A DNA stretch of 64,000 bases from the human T2T-CHM13v2.0 reference genome, Homo sapiens, in assembly GCF_009914755.1 (NCBI RefSeq), contig NC_060927.1, one strand, 5' to 3'. The position numbers and the translations under genes were made by a program. This document shows, piece after piece, positions 19,293-36,245 of this stretch (the first letter of the stretch is position 1; the number at the start of each line of letters is the position of its first letter). The notes under the pieces are model-generated. The model saw only the letters and a program-made list of their open reading frames with translations. It had not been told where the DNA came from and made no database searches.

Positions 19293-20314
19293 AGGGATTT
19301 TTTTTTTTTAAAAGAACTGAACTCTGAGTTGCCTACACCCTTTTTCCACTTATCAAAAAACTGTGAAGAGCCTCTACTTACAGGATCAATAGGCAAAAGA
19401 CCAAATACCTTGGACACCATTCCTCAAACACCCAACTGATTGGGATGACCTGAAAAACAGGTTTCTGGTTTCTTCTCAAAGGGCTGTAATTAAACAGAAG
19501 GCTGGGTCACCTTTCAACACCTGTAATGGCTTCTCTTGTAGTCACAAGGTAAACCTTTAGCGTGGTATTCAAGATTTCTTGCAACTTGGCCCCCACATAT
19601 GATTCTCACACATTCTTTCAGGCACCCTACCAGTCACTTAAGGCTCCTTATCCATTGCTTGAACTGCTCACCTAGGCCGTTTTCACCTCTGTGGTTTTGC
19701 TAATACCTCCAATAGAAATGCCCCCTCACCTATTTCTGCTCATCATAAAGCCACCATCTTTCAGTCCAGATACCATGGCCTCCTCCGTTGAGCCTTTCCC
19801 TATTGCTCTGTTAGAATTGCTTCCTCCTCTTTGCTCCCACACGTCTTCTGCCTCTTTACCACATGTATTTCATTCTACTAAGTTCCTTTTTCCACAGCCC
19901 AGTCTTGTATAGAGTGGCTCTTAAGTGCTGCTGGCTAAATAGGAGGTACCAGCTGCTGCTGTCACCTCTGCACGTGCTCCTCCTTCTCAGCCCGCAGGGC
20001 TTCTGGCAGCGGGACATCTATGTGACCCCCAAGCCTAGAAATCCAGGGCTGGAAGAAAGCTCAAGGGGTGGCCCAAACTTGGTCTAGAGCCCCCTCTAAG
20101 GCAATCTGGAGGCAAAAGATGGTCTAGTATGATCTGTCATTAGGAACACTATCAATTCTTTTTTCACTTCTCACTGGACCTATTTTTAAGTTTTTGATAT
20201 ATTTAATTTAAAAAATACACAAATACATTTTCTTCAAAGAGATTCATACTTTATAGAAGCCAAGCATGAAAGTGCTGCTTAACCACTGTTCCTCCCTCTC
20301 CCTTCCCAAAATAA

Positions 20315-20793
<479 letters not shown>

Positions 20794-21309
20794 GCTTATT
20801 GGTCATTTTTCTATAAGCTCTCTGTTTATAACTATTGCCTGTCTTTTCTATTGAGCTGTTACCAATAGGAAAGATGATTATTGATTTGTAGTCTTAAATA
20901 TTGTGGACGCTCATTTTTTGTTATATATGTCGCATAGACCTATTTTCCATTGCATTAATTTACCATTTCCTAACATTAATTTTGGGCAAGCCATTTAACC
21001 CAAGCTTCAGAGTTCTTACCTAAACAATGAGGATATCTCCTGCATAAGACTGTGGGGGAGAATTGACTGATAAAACTGAATGATGTCTGGCACTCAGTAA
21101 ATACTCAATAAACGTTAGCTATTCTTCACTATAGACTTGGGGCTACAAGTCAGCTAAATGTTTAGTTTGGACCATAGGATTTAAGTATATTTGAACCCTT
21201 CAGGTGAAGCATGCATTTCTAGTTGACCATACCTTCCTCTGCCTCCCCAATCTGTTTTCTACACCACAGCTTCTCAAATTTATGTCATCTGCCTTCCACT
21301 CTCTGAAGT

Positions 21310-21600
21310 TTTCTTTTTTTGAGACAGGGTCTCGCTCTGCCACCTAGCCTAGAGTGCAGTGGTGTAATCATAGCTCACTGTAATCTCAAACTCCTGGGCT
21401 CGAGTGATGCTATCACCTCAGCCTCCTGAGTAGCTGGGACTACAGGTGCCTGCCACCACACCTAGCTAAATTTATTTTTTGTAGAGATAGGGGTCTCACT
21501 ATGTTGCCCAGGTTGGTATCAAACTCCTGGCCTCAAGTAATCCTCCAACCTTGTCCTCCCAAAGTTTTGGGATTACAGGTGTGAGAGCCACCACACCCAG
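21310..21600 (-). mobile_element. AluJ
   Basis: Diverged dimeric Alu. Confidence 0.85.
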
Positions 21601-22240
21601 TTTTTACTGGCATTCAGTAAGTCTCCAAGGTTTTTAAAGGATAAAAATAAAGCAGGTTTTGAAATTATGTATCGCCCATTATCATGGCAGCTCTATGTGT
21701 CCCGTATGCACTACACAACTCCTGGATGTTGTTCACAGTTTATCAGACTTATGAAGCCCCCCCAGGGTTGGGCAACATACAACCTGCATATCTGTACATG
21801 GCAGCCTGGCCCATATTTTAAGGGGAATTTTCAAAGATTTCACAAGATGTATCCCTTGCTCTCACAACATCCACCTGTAGGATCAAGTTGGGTGGTGTGG
21901 TATCACTAGTTTATACATGGGGTAAGAGGCACACAGCTAGCAAGCCAGAAGTGGGACTAAAGCTCTCGACATTCAGACTGGAGCTGTGAAGGACCGAATC
22001 ATCATGTCTCTGCTTGGTACCAGGTCAAAGGCAAGTTTAGGACTTCAGGATTTCCAGAGGCCTCCCAGAGATCATCAGGAAAAAGTCCTAATAGAAATTA
22101 CTACTTTTATAACAAAACTACAGGTGGCACTAGGCTGGATAATAATGCATTACATGCATGTAGAACTACATATGTTAAATGTTTCAAAAATAAAAAGCAA
22201 AACAAACATGAGTCTGACCACCAGGTTAATAGCTGAGGTC

Positions 22241-22246
22241 TTTATT
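22241..22246 (-). terminator. Distal polyadenylation signal AATAAA of TMCC1
   Basis: TTTATT on + strand. UGUA motif (22259-22262) just upstream on the mRNA and UGUUUGUUUUGCUUUUU downstream element (~22190-22210). Confidence 0.75.
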
Positions 22247-24896
22247 TCAATTTCTATATACAGTAAAAGTGCTGCTGAGAATCTGCAGCGACCAGACAGA
22301 ACATAAATTTAAATCTCTCTCAACAATTAGCAGCTTAAGATCTATCAACTACAGTGTTAACGTTCACACGTTCACAAGTGTCATTTCTTTACGTTTCAAT
22401 TCGTGCAAGTGAGTTTTTATTCTTACACACTTTGATAAAACACACAGTCTAGTAGTCAATCCCTACTGAGGATATCACCTAGCATACACGACATACAGAC
22501 AGCAATGTTAACTCTTAGAGCCACATTCAAAATCCCAGGTTTCATTTGGGGTTGGGGTGTGGGAACCATAATTTTGCCTGTGTCAGATTACAATAATGTT
22601 TGGTTTTGTTTTAGATGCATATTTTCCAAAGCTGAAAGGCAGCTCCTCATTGGAACTCTCTCAGAACTCAGCATTTTCATCTGACTGTACCTCAAAGGAA
22701 CATGAAATCAGAAACAAAACCAAATGCAGTGAAGACCACATGAAAATACGCTCATTATTTGGACATGGCTAGTGAGGAAGGCTCGCTCCCAATATTTGTC
22801 TTGGCATCAGACTTTTACTCCATTCAGAACAGGGGAGAGAGAAGACCCTAGTCAGTGAAGTATAAAATTTAACCTACTTTTGCTTCTTAAGGAGCCAGTA
22901 GAGTGGAAAGCCTTCCTTACTAGGACATACTGAGTATACCAAGGAATGGAAATTGGAGCAGACAGAAGTACCCTTCAATTATCATAAACAATGTAAAATG
23001 CGCATTCTACAACCTGAACAATCACCCAGGCCAACACAGCCAGCTTCACTCACCCAGGCTAGAGGCATGGACAAATAAACCAGGAATGTTTCATTTTAAA
23101 GGGAATGAATACAGTTTTCTTTTCTTTTTTTTTTTAGAGGAGCATTCAAATGAGGGGACGTTTCCACCCAGAACAACTGTTAAGCCATTAGAGCGAGGTT
23201 ATAGAAGAGCTCTGACAAGACAAAAGAACCCAAGAACAACCACAATGAAAGAAACTCAAAAGTAACAGGATGGGCAGCAAAAGGTACAGCAAAGAATGAA
23301 AACAGATGCATGGTTACAAACAGCATTAAATGCGTACAACTTCTGGGTCTGGTGAATAATTAAGGGACAAGAAAGCCATTACTGCACCTGATCTGCACTG
23401 AAGGTCCTTCCTAAGACAGTTTGAGAAAGGAAGATAGAAAGTCAGCATGGGACTATTTGGCTGGAGGCAGGGGGCTTTCTACAGGTGAAAACCTTCCTTT
23501 GATAGATAGAAACCGTCCCAGGGCAAATAGGAACAGTTTCAATCCATCTATCAAAGTGACTTCCAGTGCCCACAAAACTTAAGTCTTCAGGCAGTTTGGG
23601 GGACTCAAAGGTTCTAGCTTAGAAAAACTGGTGGATTGCTGCTAGGGCATCTTTTAAATAACTTTGTGGGGGCTCTCTACTCTGAGCAATTACGCTAAAG
23701 CAGAAAGTTAGGAGAAACTGTCAGTTCAAAAAGTTCATAGTGTCCTTTGGCACTCCTGCCTAAAAAGTCACTGCAATATTTTTAGGCAAAGTTAACATTT
23801 TAATACATATAGGCTTGGGGACAATTTGTTTTTGGCATGAACATGAATTGGTTCTAATTTTTTTTTTTTTAAAGAAAAAAAGCACCCTTGTGGCCCTGCT
23901 CTGGGTGCAGTTTTGAGGGGGCAACAGAGCTAGCAGGTGTACTACAATCAGCTGAGGTTGGGGTGAAGACTGGAGTACCTGAGTTAAAATATCAAAGTAG
24001 TTATGGAAACAACATGCTGGCTCTGAGAAATCCAGCTTGCCAAAGCAAAAGGAGGCTGGCACCATTAGGTAAACTGTCCTTTCAGACAGGCAGGGCAATG
24101 CTAATCTAGTTCTGAAGGAATTTCCTGGTAAGTGGAAACAGGCAAAGCATACTTTGTTACTCTTTTCAGGGCATCTTATATGCACTTGGTTGCACAGAAT
24201 GAGGCTAAGAGGGAACAGCATTTGTGACCAATACTACAAATAATATGGAAAGATTAACCAAGCTCTCTAGATAAACTCTAAATGTTCAAGTTCCACCAGG
24301 ATGATGGAACTGGTTATGCGATGCGGGAAGGCAGCTCAGTTCATTTTTCAAAACCATCTATAGAAGTCCACTGAGCATAATTAGGTTAGGTTAACAAGTC
24401 CGTTTACATTATAGGAAGCTGGCAACATTTCACACCCAAAACTTGGGTCCTGCTAACCTGACATTTCCTTCACTGCTCTTTAGGAGAATCACCTTTGGTT
24501 GATTCTCTTAGGCAGACAGAATAAAGCTTTGAAATTAAGAATGCTGGGGCCAAAATGAAGACAGAAGACTCCACATCATCACTTTGGTTGTAATTAGGGG
24601 TGTTAACAAAATAAATTAAGGAAACACAAGGACTTATTTATGACTCTTATAGTCTCAACTTTTCCTAAAGACAACCCCAGCCCAAGATCACTGGGTGAAC
24701 GTTTTCTTGGGGCAAAAAAAAAAAAAAAAATCCCTATCCTACTACACTGGTTTTTGGAAACAGCCTCCTGCTCTCCTTGCACAACCCTTTCCTCTTCAAC
24801 TAAGCCAAACCCATAAAACGGGGGCGTAGGTATGTCGGGACACCAAAAAGCAGCAGCAGCAGCCAGAGGGAGTTTAAACTGCATCTCAAAACAAAG

Positions 24897-24911
24897 GCGG
24901 CAGAGGGCAGC
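24897..24911 (+). promoter_or_regulatory. CTCF-like motif in the TMCC1 3'UTR
   Basis: GCGGCAGAGGGCAGC, one mismatch to the core consensus. Confidence 0.35.
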
Positions 24912-25156
24912 ATTTACAGCAAGACTTTCTTACTCAAACTGTTTCAAGACAAGAGGGAGCAGCACACTTAAATATCCACACATTTCTTCATTTAAAAACA
25001 TCACTTCTTTATTTCAAAGGAAAAATAAAAGACCCTCCCAACCCTGTCCAAAAAAACCCAATAATAATAATAACAATAATAAAAAATCCTATTAGAAACC
25101 ATAAGGAAGCACTGAGAGTTTGAGTATTACATTCTTCAAGTATGCTGTTCGGATTT

Positions 25157-25162
25157 TTTATT
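25157..25162 (-). terminator. Candidate proximal poly(A) signal (AATAAA); others at 25008-25013 and 22416-22421
   Basis: Hexamer with an upstream UGUA (~25179-25182) and a U-rich tract downstream (~25060-25086). Usage is inferred only. Confidence 0.4.
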
Positions 25163-25914
25163 TTTAGGTTGGTAACTATACACATATAAAAAAACCTTAA
25201 AAGTGCGGCCAAGGGATTTTGCTTAAAATTAAGTATTTAGAGGGCTACTTAAAAATACTGTAGTAGGACTGTGCAGTGATCCTTTGGGGGATGATGCTTT
25301 CACTTTTGTATCCTCGTCAAGGTTAAGGGGCAGGTTCAAAAGTGATCATACTTCCAGGATTAGCGTAAGTGGCCAACTTGGGTGAGAAAGCCAGAGAGAT
25401 CCATGTGTTCTTCCACGGACAACGAAAATCCACCCCGAATCCAAAAATTCAGACATGGAATGTGGTAGGATTTCACAGTAAAGTTAGTCTGGGATAGGGA
25501 GAGGTGATGAGCCCAGACAAGGCAGGGTGTTAGGTTTAACTGGTTTGCCCTCATCAGGTTTTCGCATCTTTTTAGTGGGTTTTAGTGCAGTCCTTCAAGC
25601 CACAATTTAGATTGCCCTTCGGTGTGCTCCAGATTGTTGGTTCATATTAAAGGACTGTTTTAAGATTTGCATCCCAAGGAAAATCATGCTACATAAAAAT
25701 GATCCAAGATTTTCGCCCAAAAAACTTCTTGGATAAAATCTAAAAAATACTATTGCAATTGCGTCTCTTGAAGAAAAAAACATTATTCTAAATGTAAACA
25801 GATTCACTCAACTCTTTTTTTGTTGTAGAAAACTTCAGAGTAGGTAAGTTGCTGTCTAACTCTCTGCTGCATGCACTCGCCAGAGGGTAGGGAACAATGC
25901 CTTCTGTGCCAGCA

Positions 25915-26229
25915 TCATCTAGGGGATGAAAAGAACCGTTCCACATAGCTGAAGAGGGCGTCCCAGTGCTTCCAGAGAAAGGCAATAAAAACCACAAGGA
26001 ATAAAGTGCTGAACGTCCTGTTGCGAGTCTTCATGAGGGGGACCACACAGTTGGCTACAGTGGAGACAAAGACCAAAAGGACTGCCATGACAGCCAGGAG
26101 GATGTTGATGAGTTTGCCCAGAAGGTTCCGGGCAGTGGCATTCTCCAGCCCTTCTAGCTGCACCACCTGCTGCTGCTGCTGCTGCAGCTCCATCTTGGAG
26201 ATGCGCGTCTGGCATGCCTCCAGGGCCTC
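25915..26229 (-). CDS. TMCC1: TMCC1 last coding exon ([16 protein letters not shown]6...FFSSPR*), with two C-terminal transmembrane helices
   Basis: Acceptor cccacag|GAG in frame with the previous exon. Two hydrophobic segments ([20 protein letters not shown]; [12 protein letters not shown]). TGA at 25917-25915. Confidence 0.97.
   Translation of the reverse strand, partial: EALEACQTRISKMELQQQQQQVVQLEGLENATARNLLGKLINILLAVMAVLLVFVSTVANCVVPLMKTRNRTFSTLFLVVFIAFLWKHWDALFSYVERFFSSPR
26167..26184 (-). repeat. TMCC1: (CAG)6 encoding polyQ6 in TMCC1
   Basis: Pure CTG x6 on the + strand, in frame. Confidence 0.9.
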
Positions 26230-26729
26230 CTGTGGGCCAGAACAGGGAAGAGTTAAGCCTTCTGCTCACAAGTATTCTGAGATGCTGACATGCCCCCTGG
26301 GCAAGCCAGATGCATCTTGAGCAATGCCAATGATTTTATAAATATGCTGGAGCCTTGAATGAATGTAAAAGGCTAGATGTATAACTCACTATTCAAGTGA
26401 TTATTATTCCCCCAAATTGCCCTCCACTGCATTCCAGTGGGATGAGTCACAGGAAGCAGTGGCCACACTTAACATTTATTTAGTCTAGAACATTTTAATG
26501 ACAAGACCACAAATATATGCTCTTTTTTCATTGAAAATTAATCTAAGTTGCACAGAATATATTTGTTCAACATAAAAAATTTCAAATAGGATAGTCTCTC
26601 TTGACATTTCCTTCAATTCCAATCCCTGTCCCTGAGGCAGTACTGTTTGTGTTCACCCTTTTATGTGTGTAAGTGTATGCATATATGTGTCAAGGAAAAT
26701 ATACGGAATTATTATTTTTATTTCCTATC

Positions 26730-27466
26730 TGTAAACTAAAAATAAAATCCTAAGACCCCCAGCCAAATGAACGGACTCCCTCTTGGCCAAAGTGGACCCC
26801 AAAGAAACCTGAAAAAGTGAGTTCTTGGCAATGATGGGAAAGAGGCTGGACATGCCTTATTATATCCCCTCCCTTTTTGAGTTGTGGCACAAATGACCAG
26901 CATTAATGTGAAAATAGAGATCATAAGACTGACAGAATGGACTCTTTGTGGCAGTAAGACATCAAATTATAAACAAGACCTAAGGCCATGCCAGACAAGG
27001 TTAAATCTCACCCTATAAACCATAAAATCTCATCAGTTTTTAAAAAAATTAACTGGTGTTAATGTGGCTTTCTTTCCAACCTGACTCAGGTATAGCATCA
27101 CATGACAGACAACAGACTCCGTTAACTTAGGCATTTTTGTACTGGCTTCAAGTCTTTACACAAAGCTTAACTCTTTCAACCGACTGCCAGCTAAAAAATT
27201 CCTAAAGCCCACTATGACTTGTTAGCCCCTACTTAGAGATGGCCCACCTTTTTGGGCCAAACCAATGTATACTTTCCATGTGTTGATTTAGGATTTTACC
27301 TACAATTCCTGTCTCCCTGAAATGTATAAAGCCAAACTGTAACCCAACTGCTTCAGGCATATTTTCTCAGGACCTCTTCAGACTGTGTTCCCCAGGCCAT
27401 GGTTACTTGTATTGGCTCAGAATAAACCTCTTTAAAATATTTTACAGGGTTTGGCTTTTCCAAACA
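26730..27466 (+). mobile_element. ERV1 solo LTR (MER39-like) in the last TMCC1 intron, antisense to the gene
   Basis: TGTAAACTAAAAATAAAATCCTAAG...; AATAAA 27421-27426; ends ...AAACA. Sits inside an old L1 fragment. Confidence 0.65.
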
Positions 27467-27833
27467 TGGAATAGTATCACACTATAGGAATCGATTCACA
27501 ACTTGCTTTTTTTTTCATTCAACAGTGGGTCTTGGTGATCTCTCCATGTCAATACACAGAATCTACCTCATTTTTTTTTAACTGCTGCCTGGCATTTTAT
27601 AGTATGGCTAGGCTATGTTATAATATATGCAGCTAGTTCCCCCTTGGGGATTTTTAGGTTGTTTTCAACTTTTCCACTATAACAATGATGCAGTGAACAT
27701 TCTTTGAACATGCTTCCTTATACACACTACCTGGTGTTTTCTAAGTCAAGTCAATCCCTGACATCAGTGGAAAGGGATCTCTGATCTGCCTTCTTAAGAA
27801 GGGCACACTCTCCTTTAGTTTGATCCTCTGTAA

Positions 27834-28180
<347 letters not shown>

Positions 28181-29401
28181 TGTTCTTGCTATTTTTTAAC
28201 TTTATATTATTTAATTTAAAAATCTATATTACCAAGACCTGATTGTATATTCTGTATCGCTCAATTACTAAAAAAACTTGAAAATAGTGTAAAATACTAA
28301 TACATTAATGAAACATTAGTAATGCATTAGTGACATAAAGTGCTAATACATTAATGAGTCTAATGTTTAGAATTACCAGTAACTAATAACAACTTGTCTT
28401 ATAACATATGCAATTAGAAAAAAGCTTCCATTTAACATACGCCTAATTCCCACACCTCCCCCCAACCCCCTCAAAAAAAGTGTCTGTTCTCCTCAAGGTC
28501 ATAGCCTTCACTCATGAGTTTAAATTAATTCCAAAGTATTCAAGGGATAGAACCTATTTCCCTAGCTATGGTCAGATATCCTCCAAAGTTGGTCTGAGCC
28601 TTGAGTTTTTCTGGTCCTGGTTTCCTGGGATTTGAGGTAAGGCTTGGGCAACTTCAGACTGACGCCAACTATAGACAGACAATGGATGCTGTCCAGTCCA
28701 GAAGGATCTTAGGAAAAAATAATTAAAACATAAGCAGGGCCTGAAGAAGATGGCATCTGGGTAAATGATCTAGACATTCCCTTGATTCTTTTAGGCTGTT
28801 GTAATACAAGTTTTCTGGCCCACTTCCCTTCTCTGAGACTAGTGTCTTTCAAAATGCTTTCATATGAAACCACTAAGAACTATTCCCTAAATACCTCCAT
28901 ATAGAAATAAGAAAAAATTAAATATTCTACTTCCTCACAGAATAAAATAGATGGGCTATTAGCCTTAATTAAACATTACTGCCTCACGGGTTATTCTTGC
29001 AAACTGTCAGGCAATGTGCCTATATGAGATTTGGATTTGGCAGCTGGAATAAAAGCCCCCTTTCCCACAGAAGGAGAAGACAAGGACAAAATGGCCCAAA
29101 TACTTGTCAGAGCTGCTTTTGAAGCAGTAATGGACAAATAGGATTCATGTGGTTTTCCATACACTGAGATTACTGTGATCCTAAGAAACATTTCCCAAGT
29201 ACCAAGCAGACATACCAACCCAAAATGGTATAAACTTTTGAGAAATGCATCTCAATCATTTTAAGAGTAGGTATACTCTTACACAGTTGGTATAAGCTTT
29301 TCTTTGTTCTCTACCTTCTCATCTTTTTTCCTTCCGCTGTTTTCCTTTTTTCTTTCTAACCCTACTGTATTTTGCATTTACACCTTTTCCTTCATACTAA
29401 C

Positions 29402-29537
29402 CTGGATGTCCCGGGCCCGTTCATAGGACTGATACGCGATTTTTTCTTCCATGCTTGCCAGTTCCTGCTTCAAGTTCAAGATTTCATTCTGGTGGAGCTC
29501 TGTTAGGTCATTTAGCTGTTCTTCCAATCGTTCACAT
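29402..29537 (-). CDS. TMCC1: TMCC1 penultimate coding exon (136 bp; [19 protein letters not shown]...ARDIQ)
   Basis: Polypyrimidine tract with ttag|A acceptor; CAG|gttagt donor. Phase 2 start completes the Arg codon from the previous exon; ends phase 0. Confidence 0.97.
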
Positions 29538-32169
29538 CTAAGGAGAAAAAAAAAGTTTAGAATTTTATGAATTCTGTGAATATCTTTCCTGGCATTATTT
29601 ACATCCAACTCCCAAAACACATTCTACAAAGGAATAGAAGCACAAAGAAATTGAGTGGCCTGGGTTAACAGGGTGTGCCAGTGGGTATAGCTCTTAGTCT
29701 CTGGAAAAGATAGCTTGTCTCAAGGCCAAATCACGTGGCAACATGGCTGTTCCATAATCTTTTCAATACACAGTATTTGCAGCGATGCCAGCAGCCCTGA
29801 TTAGCTTTGAGCATAACCATAATATTGAGACAGTCATTAGGCTCCTCTGAACAACATATGGGAGAGGCAAAAACTAGGGTACAATTAAGCAAGCCTCATG
29901 AAAAGATAACACACCAATGGAAACCAACCTTCTGGCAGTCACCAGTAGCTTATTCCAGAACTGGCCAGCTCACTCACCCGGATGTTTGCGATTCAGAGCC
30001 CTAGAATGCCAGAGCCAGAGGGGTCCATCATCCCCATGGCCAAACACAAGTGTCTGGGACACTTCTGTCAACAAATATTTACTGAGAGCCTGCTATGTAC
30101 CAGGCATGTTCAAAGTACTGGGAATATTGTGGTAAGCAAGACAGAGTGCCTGCCCTCAGGAGTTTGTACTCTAAGGAGTGGGAGAGGCAAGATGATTTCC
30201 CATATGGAGAAGTAAAACAAAGAAGATCAGTAGAGGTATAAGACAGAGTGCCGGTGATCGCCTGCCTTGGTCTCCCAAAGTGCTGGGATTACAGGCGTGA
30301 GCCACCATGCCCAGCCTAGAAAAGGTTTAAAGGATGAGATCAGAGATTCTAGGTGGAAAAATGAATGTGAGTAAAGGGCTGGAGAGAAATGGATGATAAA
30401 TGTACAGAATAACTAGAATAGTGCATCTATGTTGGAGGAAAAAATGGGAAATCTGGAAGATCCGAAGAGTTGGGATTCTAGAATTGATATTAAATGAGCC
30501 CAAAGAAGACTACTGAGCAGAGGAGTCACATGATGAATATGTGTTTTTAGGAAAACGAGTCTTCTCATAGTGGTGAAGAAGACCGACTGAGGTAGGTTGT
30601 ATGTGGAGTCCCAGGAACTAAAGAGCTAAGTAGATAGGAGAAAGGTTGAAGACTCCACATTTAAAAAACACTAGAAAAGGGAAGAATAAACATATGTCTA
30701 GCTTCTGGTGCCTAGAATGGAAACCTCTCTGTCAGGCAGAGGGCAGATGGGTAGCTCTCATCCCAACAGGGAATGTACTATCACTCAGGTAGCATACATT
30801 TAACATTAACACCAGCATGTGAGTCTCAAGGGACTTCATACTAAAAGAATAAAAATGCCAGAACAAACTCACACATCTAAAACTATCTCCTTTCTTTCTT
30901 CTTTTTAATCACATCTATAATATGTAAACAAACTTTTAAAGAATATAATGAATTTCTGTGTTTAAGGTAATTTTTATGTTGCAGCATCATAAACATTCTC
31001 CCTTCCAATAATTATGCAATAAATAATTATATCCTAAACTCCACTGCTTTTCTAAGAAACAAGGATTTTTTTAAAAGGCATTGTCTTACCCTTTTTACGA
31101 TGTTACTAAACTCTATTTAGTTCTTCTTTATCCTTGATAGGAGTCTCTATACTGCCTTCTTTTATGCTGAAACTCTTCCTGTTATTGAAGTGACTGAACA
31201 GGCTAATGAGAAAGCAGTCCTACTTTTGATGGATAACTAGGGTCAAAGTTCTCTGTGACTCTGCCTTTTCCTTTCATCTGCTGCCCAGAGTACGTGATCA
31301 GGAACAGGTCCCATCCCTAGAATTGATTTTCCACCAAAATTTAAGTTCACAAAATGCCATAAGATAATGTTAACATAATGTCTTTTCGTGACTGTCCTAT
31401 GTTAGCCCACTCTTCTGTGGTGTTTTCGGTGTTTGATAGTTTCATCATTCTCTCTCTTTACCAGAGAGGGGCCAGAGACTTTTTTAAAGCCGCATTCCAA
31501 AGTGCTGGTCTCTTGGGATTTAAGGGAAAGGTTATATCTGGCAGGAAATTACTCTCCTCAACTAAGGACTGTTGGGTGGCAGGGAGGGGAGCAGGGTGGT
31601 GGTCACCAGCCTACATCTTGATAAAAGCAGACACATGTGGGATCTCTGCATGTGTCCCACAGGCTACCACACAACCTCTTAGCCTACAAATTTCAGGCTT
31701 CTTAGGAATCTTATTTGATATTAAACATGGCTCATACATACCAGTAGAACAGATTAAAAAATAGCAGCCACAGCAACAGTTTAATCAGTGCCTACTATGC
31801 AAATTCATTTCAACAACCCCAAGAGGGTAGAAGGTATTATCTGCATTTTATAGATGAGGAAACAGAAGCTCAGAGAAGTTCTAAAGTGAATTGCCCAAGG
31901 GCACAAAAATATTAAGTAGGGCAGCAAGGATTTGAATCCAGTTTTGACTTTAAAATCCAAGTTCTTAAACTTTAAAATGTGATGCCATTTTGAAACTCTA
32001 CAAACCCAGATCAACTAACTCTCCTCATAAGTAAGAAATCAGAGTCAGAGTGCTAGCGATCCAAATCACTTAGCAAAAGTGAGCTGGAAAGAGCTACACT
32101 GATGTGATGGTTTGGAGTCTGATGTCAAAGTGGAGTTGATGGGAGAAGGAGGAGTATAATAAAAAATTA

Positions 32170-32440
32170 TGAACCTACAATTAAAAAGATAAGAGTTGGT
32201 GAGGGCATGGAGAAATCTAAACCCTCATATACTGCTGTTGGGAATGGAAAATGGTACAATTGCTCTGCAAAACAGTTTGGCACCTCCTCAAAAAGTTAAC
32301 AGTTACCTTATGACTCAGCAATTCTACCCCAGATATAACTGAAAAGAAATGAAAACTTATTTCTTCTATACAAAAGCTTGTACATGAATGTTCACACCAG
32401 CATTAATCATCATTGCCAAAAAGTATAAACAACCCATATG
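32170..32440 (+). mobile_element. Old L1M 3' fragment
   Basis: accctcatatactgctgttgggaatggaaaatggtaca...aaacagtttggca. Confidence 0.75.
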
Positions 32441-32808
32441 TATACGAGTGTTCACTGTACAACAATATATCATCTTGGCTGTTCACAAGTCAAGTATCAA
32501 TATTTTGTATCCTAATCTGCTTGTCATTTGCCACCTGGCAAGTTTCTGTTCACTTTCTTCCTTTCTCCTTCAATCGATGGATGCTCACAGAAACATTAGA
32601 ACATAAAACACAAATGTGAACACAGTTTTGCTTTTCACTACATGTATGCATATGAAGATCCCGAGCCCTAGGCAAAACTACAAAATAGGCTGACTTATGC
32701 CTTCACTCCCACAACATGGACTTCCTTCCTACTGCAGAAACAGTTCACAGGAGCAGGAAGGCTGTTGTTATCCTTTCCTCATCTTCTCACCTGACCTTTC
32801 ATAATATA

Positions 32809-32906
32809 CAGACACTCTTTGACTTACGATGGGGTTACTTCCTGAAAACAATATTTCCCATTTATGATGGGCTTAAATCAAACCATTGTTAGCCAGGGAC
32901 TGTCTG
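32809..32906. mobile_element. Tiny Tigger5/MER47-like MITE (98 bp)
   Basis: TA-flanked, with imperfect TIRs CAGACA..GACTTACGATGG / CCATTGTTAG..TGTCTG. Confidence 0.6.
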
Positions 32907-33479
32907 TACAACAACATGTATGTCACTCTAGCAAGAATAATTCCCAGGACTGGGGCCTGAGATATTCTCTAGCAGCAGCCTGTGGGCTCTGACTCGGCTT
33001 TGACCTTACCTGCCTGGCCTTTTTTGTTCAGACCCAGTATGAAGACAGCAAAATACAAGGCATGCTTATCTTTACAAATAACATGAGGCAAGAAAGAGGT
33101 GAAACAGCAGACTGAATTCAAAATGATATTGACAGATTCAAGTGCAGCCAAGACTTTACCAGGGATTAATTCTATAGAAATAGGGAACTACTTCCTACTG
33201 CTGAATTCAGGTATCAAGAGCTCATGTAATGAGGGGGTAGCTTGTTCTTTGTAACTCCACAGAACTAAGGAGTAAGTCTTACAAATAGTTTGGTCTTTAG
33301 TTCAATTTTAGAAAGAACTTTCTAATAGCTATGTCTAACAATGAAAAAAACTATCTTAGAAAATGAGACCCTGCTACCAGAGATATTCAAGGAGAGGCTG
33401 CTTGTCAGGGATGTTGCAGAAATAAATCCTCTATTGAAAGAGATTTAACTAGACCTCTGAGATCTTTTCTAACACCTAG

Positions 33480-36245
<2,766 letters not shown>

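Larger units (their letters stand above)
22225..25914 (-). other. TMCC1: TMCC1 3'UTR (~3.7 kb; 3' end approximate)
   Basis: Unique, Alu-free sequence between the stop codon and a poly(A) signal that has a downstream GU/U-rich element. Confidence 0.8.

Noticed and set aside
25909-25917. Stop-codon read-through
   Set aside because: Context is TGA-TGC, not the TGA-CTAG read-through motif.
26167-26184. CAG repeat as an expansion locus
   Set aside because: Only six units; too short to suggest instability.
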